DNA of 53,394 bases from Spirogloea muscicola (taxonomy: Eukaryota), in contig WELB01000004.1 in the NCBI GenBank assembly GCA_009602725.1, positions 1,159,457 to 1,212,850 of the forward strand, in the 5' to 3' direction. A program made the position numbers and the translations under genes. Numbering within the stretch: position 1 is the stretch's first letter; the number at the start of each line of letters is the position of its first letter. Below, in pieces: positions 34,926-45,929 of the stretch. The notes beneath the pieces are model-generated. The model saw only the letters and a list, made by a program, of their open reading frames with translations. It ran no database searches and was not told where the DNA came from.

Positions 34926-37788
34926 CTAACCAACGCTGCCCTCGAGTTTCAAGCTCATAAGTTGGTTGACTTCTGCAGCAAATTCAAGCGGCAGCTCATT
35001 AAAGACCTCTCTGCAAAACCCAGAAATGATCATTCCAACAGCCTTCTCAGCGTCTATGCCCCGCTGCTGGAAGTAGAACAGCTGGTCCTCGCCAATCTTC
35101 GAAGTGGACGCCTCATGCTCAACACGCGCAGTTGGGTCCTTGACCTGGAAAGTCACAGTAGCAGATCCTGACGACTTTGGTCAGCACAGCTACTATGGAC
35201 ATAGTTCCAAAATTCAGAAAGGATACTGAGACAGAGGAACGACAGCAGGGGAACAAGCATAAATGATGTTACCTGTATGTATGGATAGGTGTTGGCGCCC
35301 GCCTGGTCCCCAATAAGCATGGAATCGCACTGAGAGTGATTGCGCGCACCGTGGGCAGTCGGTTGAATCTGCAAATCATCGCACACTGCTGGAGTCACTA
35401 GCCGCAAACTGAATATATACTCCGCCTGTCCATCAAATGCAGAAGAGGTGCTCAGCTCTGCTTTTATTACTGACAAATGTCGTAGGCAAGGGGTAATGCT
35501 CACCTGGACCAAGCCTCTGTAGCAATTTAATGAATTGCCAGCTGAGATGCCCTTAGAGACAATCCGTGACCGGGTATTCTTCCCGACGTGAATCATCTTG
35601 GTGCCTGTGTCAGCCTGTTGCCGGTTGTTCGTGAGGGCCACAGAGTAGAACTCGCCCTTGCTGCCGTCCCCCTTGAGGACGACCGACGGGTACTTCCACG
35701 TGATAGCTGACCCAGTCTCCACCTGCAGACAGAGGAGGCCATGCACTGAGCAGCAAGCGGTAAACGGATGGGTCAAGCCTCTGCTGCCTCACAGTGGCAC
35801 GCCAAAAGACTGTGCTACCGTGCAACAAGCAGGACTCCAATGAAGGAAACTTCACAGAAGCATAGGTCAATCAGCAGACAGCATCAAGTGGAAGTCACAA
35901 CTTCGTCGGAGCATTACCTGTGTCCACGATATCTTTGAGCTCTTGCCATCACAAAGGCCCCGCTTGGTGACAAAGTTGTAAATACCCCCAGCACCGTTCG
36001 CATCTCCTGCATACCAGTTCTGCACTGTAGAGTACTTGATCTCTGCACCCTCACCCGCAAACAGCTCTACTACCGCTGCATGCAGCTGCAAAAGCGACAA
36101 TCCAAGTTGGGATCAAACTCTGTAAGTTGTGCAAGTCTCACAGGATTTTACCAGCACCCCGACTATGTGCTCTGCTATGTGGAACATTACACTGTCTTGT
36201 GAATTCAAGATATCAAGTACTGCGCAAACTGCGCATCCATGCAAGTCACGTGCTTTAGTACCGGAAATGTAGCCTGTGCTTTCTTTCTCTGCACCTGATT
36301 CTTGTCGTATGCAGGTGCCGTGCAGCCCTCAAGGTAGCTGACATAACTGTTGTCATCAGCAACAATGAGGGTGCGCTCAAACTGCCCAGTCTCGCTGGCG
36401 TTGATGCGGAAGTAGGTGGAGAGCTCCATGGGCGACACGGTGTCCTTAGGGATATAGCAGAAGGAGCCGTCACTGCACCAAAGTAGTGTATGACTGGGTC
36501 ATGGAGTAGCCCGCCAGAGAGCTCAGTCATAGCTCTGCCTATATCTGGCTTACAATTGAGGTGAAGCCCATCAAGCCTTCGAAGCAGCGCAATGACTGGT
36601 ACATGCCTGGCTTACCTGAAAACGGCAGAATTAAGGGCGGCGTAATAGTTATCCGCGATTGGGACCACCTTGCCCAGGTACTTACGGACAATGTCTGGGT
36701 ACTCCCTCACGGCCTCCGAGATGGAGCAGAAGATAACGCCCGCCCTGCCCAGCTCCTTCCGGAACGTCGTCGCAATGGAAACGCTGTCAAAGACGGCGTC
36801 CACAGCGACGTTGGCCAGGCGCTTCTGCTCGTTGAGCGAGATGCCAAGCTTGTCGAATGTTCGCAGGAGCTCGGGGTCCACCTCGTCCAGGCTCGCCTTC
36901 TTGTCCTTCATCTTGGGCTCCGAGTAGTATGCCAAGTCCTGCGTGCACAACACAGATATTACCATCTCAGCCTTCTCAAGGAAACAGATACTCTCCAGCA
37001 GTAAGCCACAGGCCTCATGTAGGCTTGGCATGGTTTCCACTGGCAAGGGGAAATGCTGATCTAGCATGCTCACACGGCCGACAGGACTGAGTCGGGCACC
37101 ACAGATGCTCTCCCATGCCAGGCAGGCAATCTGCGCGTCTCTGCACCTTCTGGCTCTGCCCGCCAAGCTTCTCACTAGCCTCAGCTTTGCCCAACTGTGG
37201 CGCACCCGTGGCAGCAGGGACCAAGGCTGCGCACAGACCTGGAAGTTGATGTGGGGGTACTTGTTATCAGACCACGTGGGCTCCGTCATGGTGAGCCAGT
37301 GGCAGTAGGCGCGGAGGCGGAACTCAAGCATCCACTCGGGCTCCCTCTTCTTGGCGGAGATGAGGCGCACCGTCTCCTCCGACAGGCCCTTGGGGATGGT
37401 CACCGACTCGATGTCCGACACAAAGCCCCACTTGTAGTCGCGCTTCAGGAAGGCCTGGTTGCCACACCATGGTCCATGGGGTAAGATGATGGGAGGGGAC
37501 AGCGGCTTTAGATGGTGAGATGAGTCGCAAGGGCTATCATTAGAGCTGACGACGAAGCTGAGGAATACTAATCGAAAGCGATCAAACGGCGCAGCAGAAG
37601 GTGCTGCGAGCCAGCGCTCCGGCCAGTACCTCGATCGTCTCGTCGCTGCTGGGCGCCTTGGCCCTGGCGGCCGGCGGCGGCGGGCTCGCGTCCTTCTCCA
37701 GGACCTCCGCCGGGGCCTGGCATCGCGCGGCGCCAGCTGTGGCGCCGCGTCGGGCGCTGCGGCCCTGCCGCTGCGCCGCCGCCGCTCG
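34926..37788 (-). CDS. SUFB: Fe-S cluster assembly scaffold SufB, nuclear-encoded plastid form (start probably lost at the N at 37789)
   Basis: [150 protein letters not shown]. Ala/Arg-rich transit-like first exon. Confidence 0.96.
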
Positions 37789-37984
37789 NCGGGGCGGCGG
37801 GGGCGGGGCGGCGGGGGGGGCTAGGTGGCCAGAGCTTCTTCTGACGGCAAGAGCTTCTTGGCGAACGAGCGTCCCGCTTGGAAGCCGCTGGCGCCCATCC
37901 AAACCTCCTCCGTCACCTTCTTCGACCTTGCCCGCTCTTCTCTGCTTCCTTTGTCGGGCTGGCCTGTAGCAGACCTCGCCACCT

Positions 37985-40900
37985 TTAATTCGGGGAGATT
38001 GGTGTCCCCTTAGCTGGCACATTATCCCGTTAGCAGGGACATTTGTAAGGGCTAGGATTGGCCTCCCTTTCAACATCATGCGCACTGCGCGCGCCTTCTC
38101 TCTTGGACCACAAACCTGGTCGAGGCTTAGCTGGTTTAGGATGTCAGTTTGCTTACCTTTGCACTTGGCAAACCGTGGCCCTCCCATCAAAGAACAGCGC
38201 TCCATCAATCAGTACAGACTCCAGTTCCCCTTCGTCCCCCTTAGCCAGCCCATTGCCCCGTTACCAGGGATCCTTTTCTGGTTTCTCTTTCTCACGTCTT
38301 CCGGATGCGCTTGGCCATCTCTTTGCAGCGGTCCCCTGCCTTCGCATTTCACTTGCGCGAAGGCCGCGCTTCGGCGGCGGCCTCCGGCTCCGTCAGGGCG
38401 ACGTCTTTCCGCCTGCGAGCTATTCCGCCTTGCATCTCTTGCCTTTGTGCTTCTTTTTTGGGCTGGCTTTTCCAGCCCCTATCCTCAATGGGCGAGCGCT
38501 TCTGAGCGTCCCTTTGTTGATATCTTAGGCCTTAGCACCCCGGCTCCTTCAGACCTTGTCCATTCCTTTGGGCTGGCCCCTCCCAGCCACCAGTTAACGT
38601 GGCCGCCCTTGCCCCTGTTCAGACATAGCATCTTCAGGCCCCTTGGTAGCTGCTAAACGCTTGTAGGCCCCCCCGAACCTTTGTCAAATTTTTTTTGGGC
38701 TAGCTTTACGCAGCCCTTGCCACCATTGGGAGTGCCACTTCTCTTTCTTTGGCTTTGGACATTGTCCATTCTTTTTGGGCTGGCTTTGCCAGCCCCACTT
38801 CTCTGTGGGCGAGCACTTCTCTCGCTTTGCCAGCCGGGCGAGCACTTTCTTTCTTTGTAAGGCTCGATTTGGCATCCCTTTCATTTCCATGTGCACCGCG
38901 CGCCTGCTCTCCTTTGGAAGAGCTCACTCAGCGCTTTTCGGCCCCTTCGGACCTTTGTCGATTCCCTTCGGGCTGGCTATCTAGAGCCCTCGCCCCGTTT
39001 GGGAGAGCCACTTTCTTTCACTTTTAAGAGTCTCACAGCCTCGCCCTTGTTCGCCCCTTCTTCTGTCCACCTTCCGGCTCTTTGGTTCGGAGCTTGTCCT
39101 TCTTTCCTTATTCTAAGCAAGTACCAGGGTTAATGTCCACTAAAGAAACCTCTACTTAGGAGCCGCAAGTCAGGACTACTGCTTTCTGGCAGCTAGTCAG
39201 ACAAGCTGCCAAAAAGCAGTCCGCTTGACGAGAGTCAGAGGCTGCAGCTAGAGCACGGCCAGCACGCAGGTGCAAGGCGTGTGCCTAGGACCGCTGGAGG
39301 GAGGGTAAGGCGCATACGAAACACCTCCGCTAGCAAACCAGCGGCGTTGGAGTCGACTCTCTGACTTGCGGCTGCTATTTATAGGTTTCTGAGTGACCAT
39401 CCTTTGTGGTACTTGCTTAGCTGTGTTTCAGCACTTTATTGGCCCCTACGGACCTTGTCCATTCTTTTGAGCTGGTCTTTACAGCCCTCGCCCCCTTTGA
39501 AGAGCTGCTTACTCTCACTCCTTTCACCGCTCTTACTATCTCTGTGGCCTCTCACAGCCACTGCTCTCAATTTGGACGCGCTCTTCTCCGTAGTCTCTTG
39601 CATAGCTGTGATTTTGGCGCCATTCGGCCCTTTGGACCTTGCCCTTGCACAGCCCCCTCCTTTGGAAGAGCTCACTCATTTTACTATCTCTGTGCTTTTC
39701 ACACGGATTGGAGGCTCCTCACACCTCACTCGTAGCTATTGAGTTGTTCATCCTCCCCCAGTTCTGAGATAGCGCTTTTGGCCCCTTGTTAATTTGGCCC
39801 CTTCGAACCTTGTCATTCTTTTCAGTATCTCGCGTTTTACGCCATTCGGCACCTCCAGACCACGTCCAATTTGTCGGGCTGGCCTCTCACTGCCACCAGT
39901 CAATTCTGAAGCGCTCTTTCTCTATGTCTTTCTTTGGGGCTGGCTTCTCACAGCCACTGTTGTCAATCTGGAAGCGCTTCTCCCTTACCCCCATTGGGAG
40001 AGCCACTTTCTTTCTTCTGCCGGGTTGCTATAGCAGGTGTACCGCATGCGCTTGACCGTCTCGCTGCTCGCTGCAGAGGTCTATGGCCCGCGCGCTGCAC
40101 CTGCGTGCCGGAAGAAGAAGTGCTCGACCATAGAAGAAGTGGCACTCCCATGGGAGCAAGGGCTGCGAAAAGCCAGCCCAAATAGAATTGACAAAGGTTC
40201 GGAGGGTCTACAAGCGTCTAGCAGCTACAAAAGGGCCTGAAGATGCCATGTCAGAATAGGGGGAGGATGGATCACTCAGTACTTACAAGTGAGGAGCCTC
40301 AGATCCGACAGACTAGCTGCCGGAATATTATCCCCCTGACGAAAGCCGGAGGCCGCAACAGAGAAGAGGGGCTGGCAAAGCCAGCCCAAAAAGAATGGAC
40401 AATGCCAAAGCCAAAGAAAGAGGTGCCGAAAAAGAAGGAAGTGGCACTCCCAATGGGGGCAAGGGCTGCGAAAAGACAGCCCAAAAAGAATTGACAAAGA
40501 TTCGGAGGGGCCTACAAGCGTTTAGCAGCTACAAAGGAAAAGCTCGCCCATAGAAGAGAGGAGCTGGCAGAAGCCAGCCAAAGAAGAATGGACAAAATCC
40601 AAAGAGCTACAGGAGAATCACTCAGTAACCTCTGCTAAGCAGCCGCAGGTCGGAGAGGCTAGGCTCGTTGACACAAAGGGGCCTGAAAATGCTACGTCAG
40701 AACAGGGGGAGGATGGATCTCGTCACTCAGTAGTGACAAGTGAGGAGCCTCAGATCCGACAAACTAAGAAGAAAGTGCTTGCCCACTGAGGATAGGGGCT
40801 GGAAAAGCTGGCCAAAAAAAAGTGGACAAAGTACGAGAAGGGTTCCAGGGGAAGCGCTAAGAAAAACAAGCACAAATAGAAACAAAGCAGCTACGAATCA

Positions 40901-42590
40901 CTCAGTAACCCCTGCATACTCAGACTTGCATCTCCTGATGACTAGAGGTTACTGAGCGTTCCCTGGCTGATGTCTTAGTCCTAGTCGTTCGCACTCAGGC
41001 TCCCTCAGACCTTGTCCATTCCTTTGGGCTGGCCTTTCCCAGCCACCAGTCAATCTGGCCGCACTTCTCTGCTAAGCAGCCGCAGATTAGAGATGCTAGG
41101 CTCCTGGAAGTGGGTCCCAAGGCCAGAGCCAGAGGCAGCAGCGAGGGCTCTGCCGGCACGAAGGTGCAGCGCGCGGGCCATGGACCTCTGCAGCGAGACG
41201 GCCAGGCGCATGCGGTACACTTGCGCCAGCGACTCGGCTGCAGGAAAGTCTACCGGCTCCCCTTGGAAGCGACGGGCGATGGCGTGGCGGGCGAGCTGGG
41301 TGAGCAGCTCGAGCCACCGAGCGCCCAGCGCCCCATGGGTGTCAATTGCCGACGGGAAGAACTCGTCTTCCCGCGGATGGTTGGCGTACTTGAGCTCTTT
41401 TGCCCAAGCGGCGCAGGCGACCGCATACCCAGCCTTGGAAAGAGGACTACACTACCAAACACAACAACGCACTAGGGAGCTCAGTACCCGAAGAGCCCTC
41501 GCTGCCTCCGGCCAGGGGACCGGCTTCCAGCAACCTTGTACCTCTGACCTGCTCGATGAGGGAGGACCATTCCATACCGTAAGCACCGCATACATCTATA
41601 GAAAGAAAGAAAAGAGGCTCTCCACGAGGGCAAGGGCAGTGAGAGAAGCCAGCCCAGATGGAGTGGACAAGGTCGCGAACGGAAGAAAGCACGGCCAGAT
41701 TGACTGGTGGCTGGGAAAGGCCAGCCCAGAGGAATGGACAAGGTCTGAAGGAGCCGGAGTGCGAAGGACTAGGACTAAGACATCAGCCAGGAAACGCTCA
41801 CTAACCTCTAGTCCGGAGATGCAAGTCTGAGTAGCTAGCCGGCGGAGAGACGTCGCCCTGACGGAAGCCGGAGGCCGCCGCCAAAGCTCGGCCTGCGCGC
41901 AAGTGAACCTTGAAGGCAAGGGACCGCTGCATTGAGATGGAGAACGGAAGGGGTGGTATTTGTGCCCGCTTCCAGGAGCCCAGCTTCTCTTACCTGAGGC
42001 TGCTTAGCAGGGGTTACAGAATGCTTCGTAGCTGCTCAGTTTCAAATTTTGTGCTTGTTTTTCTTAGTGATTCCCCTTGCCCCTTCTCGTCTTTTGTACA
42101 TTCCTTTTTGGGCGTCTTTCCGCCGGCTAGCTACTCAGACTTGCATCTCCTGGCTAGAGGTTACTGGACCCTGGCTGATGTCTTCGTCTTAGTCCTTCGC
42201 ACTCCGGCTCCATCAGACCTTGTCCATCCCTTTTGGGCTGGCCTTCCCAGCCACCAGTCAATCTGGCCGCGCTCTCTTTTTGGGCTGGCTTTTTCCAGCC
42301 CCTATCCTCAATGGGCGAGCCCTTTCCTCTTGTTGTAATAATTCTCTTGCCCCCGTTGGGAGAGCCACTTCTCCTCTGGGCTGGCCTTCCGCAGCCATTA
42401 CCTAATAATATGTCGGCTTGAGTTGGCCTCCATTTCATTCATGCGCCCCGCGCGCCTTCTCTCTCTATATTGGCGAGAGCTTGTTTCTTTCATTTTCGAG
42501 GACATTTGCGAGCCGAAGCAACCTTGACAGATGGAAAATGAGTGTGTACTAAGAGACGGCCAAGTACAAGGGTAAGCACAACTGGTGATC
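37985..42590. mobile_element. About 4.6-kb patchwork of CRE-like retrotransposon 3' ends in both orientations
   Basis: ORF-end fragments at about 38303-38440 (+), 39230-39340 (-), 40030-40110 (+), 40275-40355 (-), 40620-40660 (-), 40917-41062 (+), 41066-41437 (-), 41690-41935 (-), 41965-42110 (+) and 42110-42330 (+). D-type tips at about 37990-38103, 38855-38912 and 42410-42466; A'-type tip at 42533-42590 (-). More than 15 GGGCTGG hairpin units. Confidence 0.88.
41066..41437 (-). mobile_element. Uninterrupted C-terminal ~120 codons of a C-type RLE ORF (missed by the ORF track because it lacks a start codon)
   Basis: KAGYAVACAAWAKELKYANHPREDEFFPSAIDTHGALGARWLELLTQLARHAIARRFQGEPVDFPAAESLAQVYRMRLAVSLQRSMARALHLRAGRALAAASGSGLGTHFQEPSISNLRLLSR aligns with AGHAVGGAEQRKLRHY...LLPAAIDIFGCLG... 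of the long copy. Confidence 0.85.
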
Positions 42591-43030
42591 CGAGGCCCGG
42601 ACATCTTCCTCGTCAGCTGACGTGGACCCATCGCGGCCGCCGTGATTGGGCTGGGCCCCGTGCCGGGATTCCCCTGGCACCGCGGGGGCCCCGGCCCGCG
42701 GCGGCGCGAGTGGCGCCAAAGCCGCCGTGCTCCGGGAGTCCGTCTTCCACCCTCCCTGTAAATAAGAAGCGTGGCATCGCATTGACGCGCCAGAACATGG
42801 CCCGAGAAGAGGGGTCTCCACCCTTGGCGCTTAGCGCCGACTGTGCGCGTCCGCTCGCCTCCCCGCCGCCGCCGCCGCCACTGCCGCCGCCGCCGCCGCT
42901 TCCGCCGCTGCCGCCACTACCGCCATTGCGCCGCCGCCGCCGNNNNNNNNNNNNNNNNNNNNNNNNNNNNNNNNNNNNNNNNNNNNNNNNNNNNGCGGTG
43001 CGCGCCACCCCGAGGCGGCGGCGGCGCGCG

Positions 43031-44248
43031 ATGCAGGGCCTGCAGGGCCCCGGCATGGGCATGCGCGCGCCGCCGCCGCAGGCGCAGGCGGGCTCCGCGT
43101 ACCCCGTCTCGCACCAGATCACCACCGAGCTCATCCAGAAGGTTGCTGACCAGGCCGCCCCTCGACACCCGCCACTGGCCACCGAGAGCAGCTCAGCAGA
43201 CGAGCCGAAGCAGCCATTCGCTCGTCTTGAGTCCGTGGTGCTGATGTGGCGCTCGTCTCTTGATTGTCGGTCACCTCATGGCCGCTCGGTCGCCTCAGCT
43301 GAGGACCAGGACTGGGGCACCTCCCCTTGCAAGCCGCGTCTCCTGTAACACCACACTCCCCTCTCTCCTCTCTTCCTCCACTCCCCCTACCCCCCTCTCG
43401 TCTCCTTCCCTAGTCCCCTCTTTCTCTCACCTCCCTCCCTCCCTCCCTCCCGCACTACCTCCCTTACCTCTTCACTCCTTCCCTACCCATATTTCTCTCC
43501 CCCCCCCTCCCCCCCCCTTCCACACCCTCTCTTCGTTGCCCCTCAACTTTCTTCTCCCTTTAACAAGCCATCCCACCCCTGCTCTGCTGATGTAGATGCC
43601 ACCCAGATCCTCTCTGCACCCACTGGGGAAGAGGTTGCACACACCTGGGGACACACCTGAGCTCACAACCAGAGTCTCGACTTATTGATACTTCGCACCA
43701 TGTGGTCGAGATAATGCAGTACTTGGACGAGAATAAGCAGCTCATTCTGGCCATCCTGGACAACCAGAATCTAGGGAAGCTCAACGAGTGTGCACAGTGA
43801 GTCACCAGGAGCCGCTCCTTGACACCTGTGTAATGATCACGCATTCACAGTTGTCCGCCTGAGGAGGGTGTCACGCCTTGCTAGTGCAGATGTTGTTGAC
43901 ACCCTTACACATTTTGACTACTAATGAGCATGCTATGTCCATCAGGTATCAGGCAAGGCTACAGCAGAACCTCATGTACTTAGCAGCTATTGCGGATGCT
44001 CAACCGCAGGCCCCTACCCCTCAGCAGGCCTCGGGACACAGTCAGGTCGTTGAACTTTCAATTCCAACTGTTGTCGATTGCATGGCAGAGCTGAAAGCAA
44101 GTATTCAGAGGCCAAAGGGTCCATGATTGATCAGTATAAGACCTCTGTGATTGACACCTCTTTCTGCTACTCTTTGTCATGCTTGCATGAACAGGTTCCT
44201 GCCGCCACCCAGCAGCAGCAGCAGTACAGAAGCACGCAGCAACATCAG

Positions 44249-44323
<75 letters not shown>

Positions 44324-44332
44324 CACCAACAA

Positions 44333-44366
<34 letters not shown>

Positions 44367-44679
44367 TGCTGCTTAACCAAAGAACCTCTGCACAATACTT
44401 GCCTGCGCAGGCGCAGCAAGGGCCCTCTCATTCACATGGCCAGGTTTGTGTGCAGCAGCTTTGCTCATGTGCTGGGACCTTGAAACAAGCCTTCTCAACA
44501 ATATTGGTCTTATGTTAGAGAACCCCAGGAATCTTTGTGGAGGGTGTACCACATATCTAAACGTGGGGTGCTGTGCCCTCACTATGCAGGGACACCACCC
44601 TGGCTCAATGCCTCTATCAGCTGGAGGAGCTCAAGCAAATAGCGGGTACTCAGACTACAGCGGAAGCTTAGGTGGGTAA
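43031..44679 (+). CDS. GIF: GRF-interacting factor (SSXT/SNH domain + Q/G-rich tail)
   Basis: ITTELIQK/YLDENKQLILAILDNQNLGKLNECAQ/YQARLQQNLMYLAAIADAQP is the diagnostic GIF SNH domain. Five exons: about 43031-43141, 43720-43796, 43946-44046, 44195-44443 and 44590-44679. Confidence 0.94.
44210..44366 (+). repeat. (CAG)n poly-glutamine tract in GIF exon 4
   Basis: Directly visible CAG/CAA/CAT runs encoding about 40 Q with interspersed H. Confidence 0.95.
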
Positions 44680-45219
44680 CTAGCTGCGGATGCTCATGCT
44701 CCCTCTTCCTTTCTCTACCTTTTTGCACAAGAAGCACTAACACGAGGACAGCGACGACACCCTATCCATGCAGCACGAGACCTCTTCTTAGGTGGCTGCA
44801 CTTGTGTGCTGCAAACAGGTAGAGGCGGGAGCGGAGAGGACAACATGCAAGATTCTCTTGGGAGGGGGAATGACATTCATGGAGCCATGTCTGGCACGGG
44901 TGCATCGAGTAGGAACAATGATGGCAGGGTATCAAGCATAGCAGACGGGCACACGCTCTAGACTTTTCACGAACTGTTAGTCTTATTATCATGTTGCTGA
45001 GGAAACCCGATGACAACTCTTGGCTTGTCTGCAGTGGACCAATATTTCAAGCTTTAATTGTATCTTACCTGAACCAGGACAAGCTCAGAAGTAGAGCTGA
45101 ATGCATCACTTTAAATTTTGTCATGGCAATGACATTGACAAGCTGTCATCCTGCATACATGTGCAACTTGTGAAGAGTGGAGTTCACTACCCATAAACGA
45201 CGGAGAAACAGCTCTCCAA

Positions 45220-45770
45220 TGTAGAGAGAGAAGGCGCGCGGTGCGCATGAAGTCGAAAGAGAGGCCAATTCTAGCCTTACAATTGTCCTGGTAACGGGTG
45301 AATGAGTCGGCTAAGGGGGGCACTAAGATTCTCTAGTGAGCACACACATATCTGACAAGCTAAGCTGAGGAGCCAGACCACCACCACGGAAGCCATTAGC
45401 CTGGCCTAATGCACGCCCAGCACGCTGGTGTATGGCGAAAATGTAAGGCCAATGGCTATAAGAGGCCAGCTCAAAGAGGAAAAGTTCCTCCAATGTATCG
45501 CCGGGCTGGTCGCGCCCTTGCAGCAGCCTCTGGTTTGCGCAGCGGGGTTGCTCTTCCTCCCCTCAGCTCATCTGACTTCCTACTGCTGACTCGGGGGTAT
45601 TGAGGGCGCCCTGTCTGCCTAGCCTTTGGCTCCGTCATGAACACCTGTATGCATCTGGCTGGCAGTTAACAGCCGATTTTTTAATATCAGCAGCCGCTTT
45701 CTCCCTCAATGTAGGGCAATGGCTGTGAGAGGCCAGCCCGAAGCAATGAACAAGGTCTGATAGGGCCGAA
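45220..45770. mobile_element. D-type 3' end (-), another ORF-end fragment (+) and a UTR hairpin unit (-)
   Basis: 45445-45220 reads FAIHQRAGRALGQANGFRGGGLAPQLSLSDMCVLTRES* followed by the D tail. 45495-45603 reads YRRAGRALAAASGLRSGVALPPLSSSDFLLLTRGY*. Confidence 0.85.
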
Positions 45771-45929
45771 GCGCCACATATAACAAAGCTACTCTGGGGG
45801 CTACACGCTATGTGTAGCCCCATCCGCAGCACTAGCTCTTGCCTGGACGTTGTAGTGGCTTGCTTTGGCCACCTTTTTATTACATGTGCACCGCATCTGA
45901 TGAATGTTATGAGTGGATGTTTTAGTATA

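Noticed and set aside
38540..42400. CRISPR array (recurring palindromic repeats)
   Set aside because: Spacing is irregular, orientation is mixed, the inter-hairpin sequences are themselves homologous rather than unique spacers, there are no cas genes, and the context is eukaryotic.
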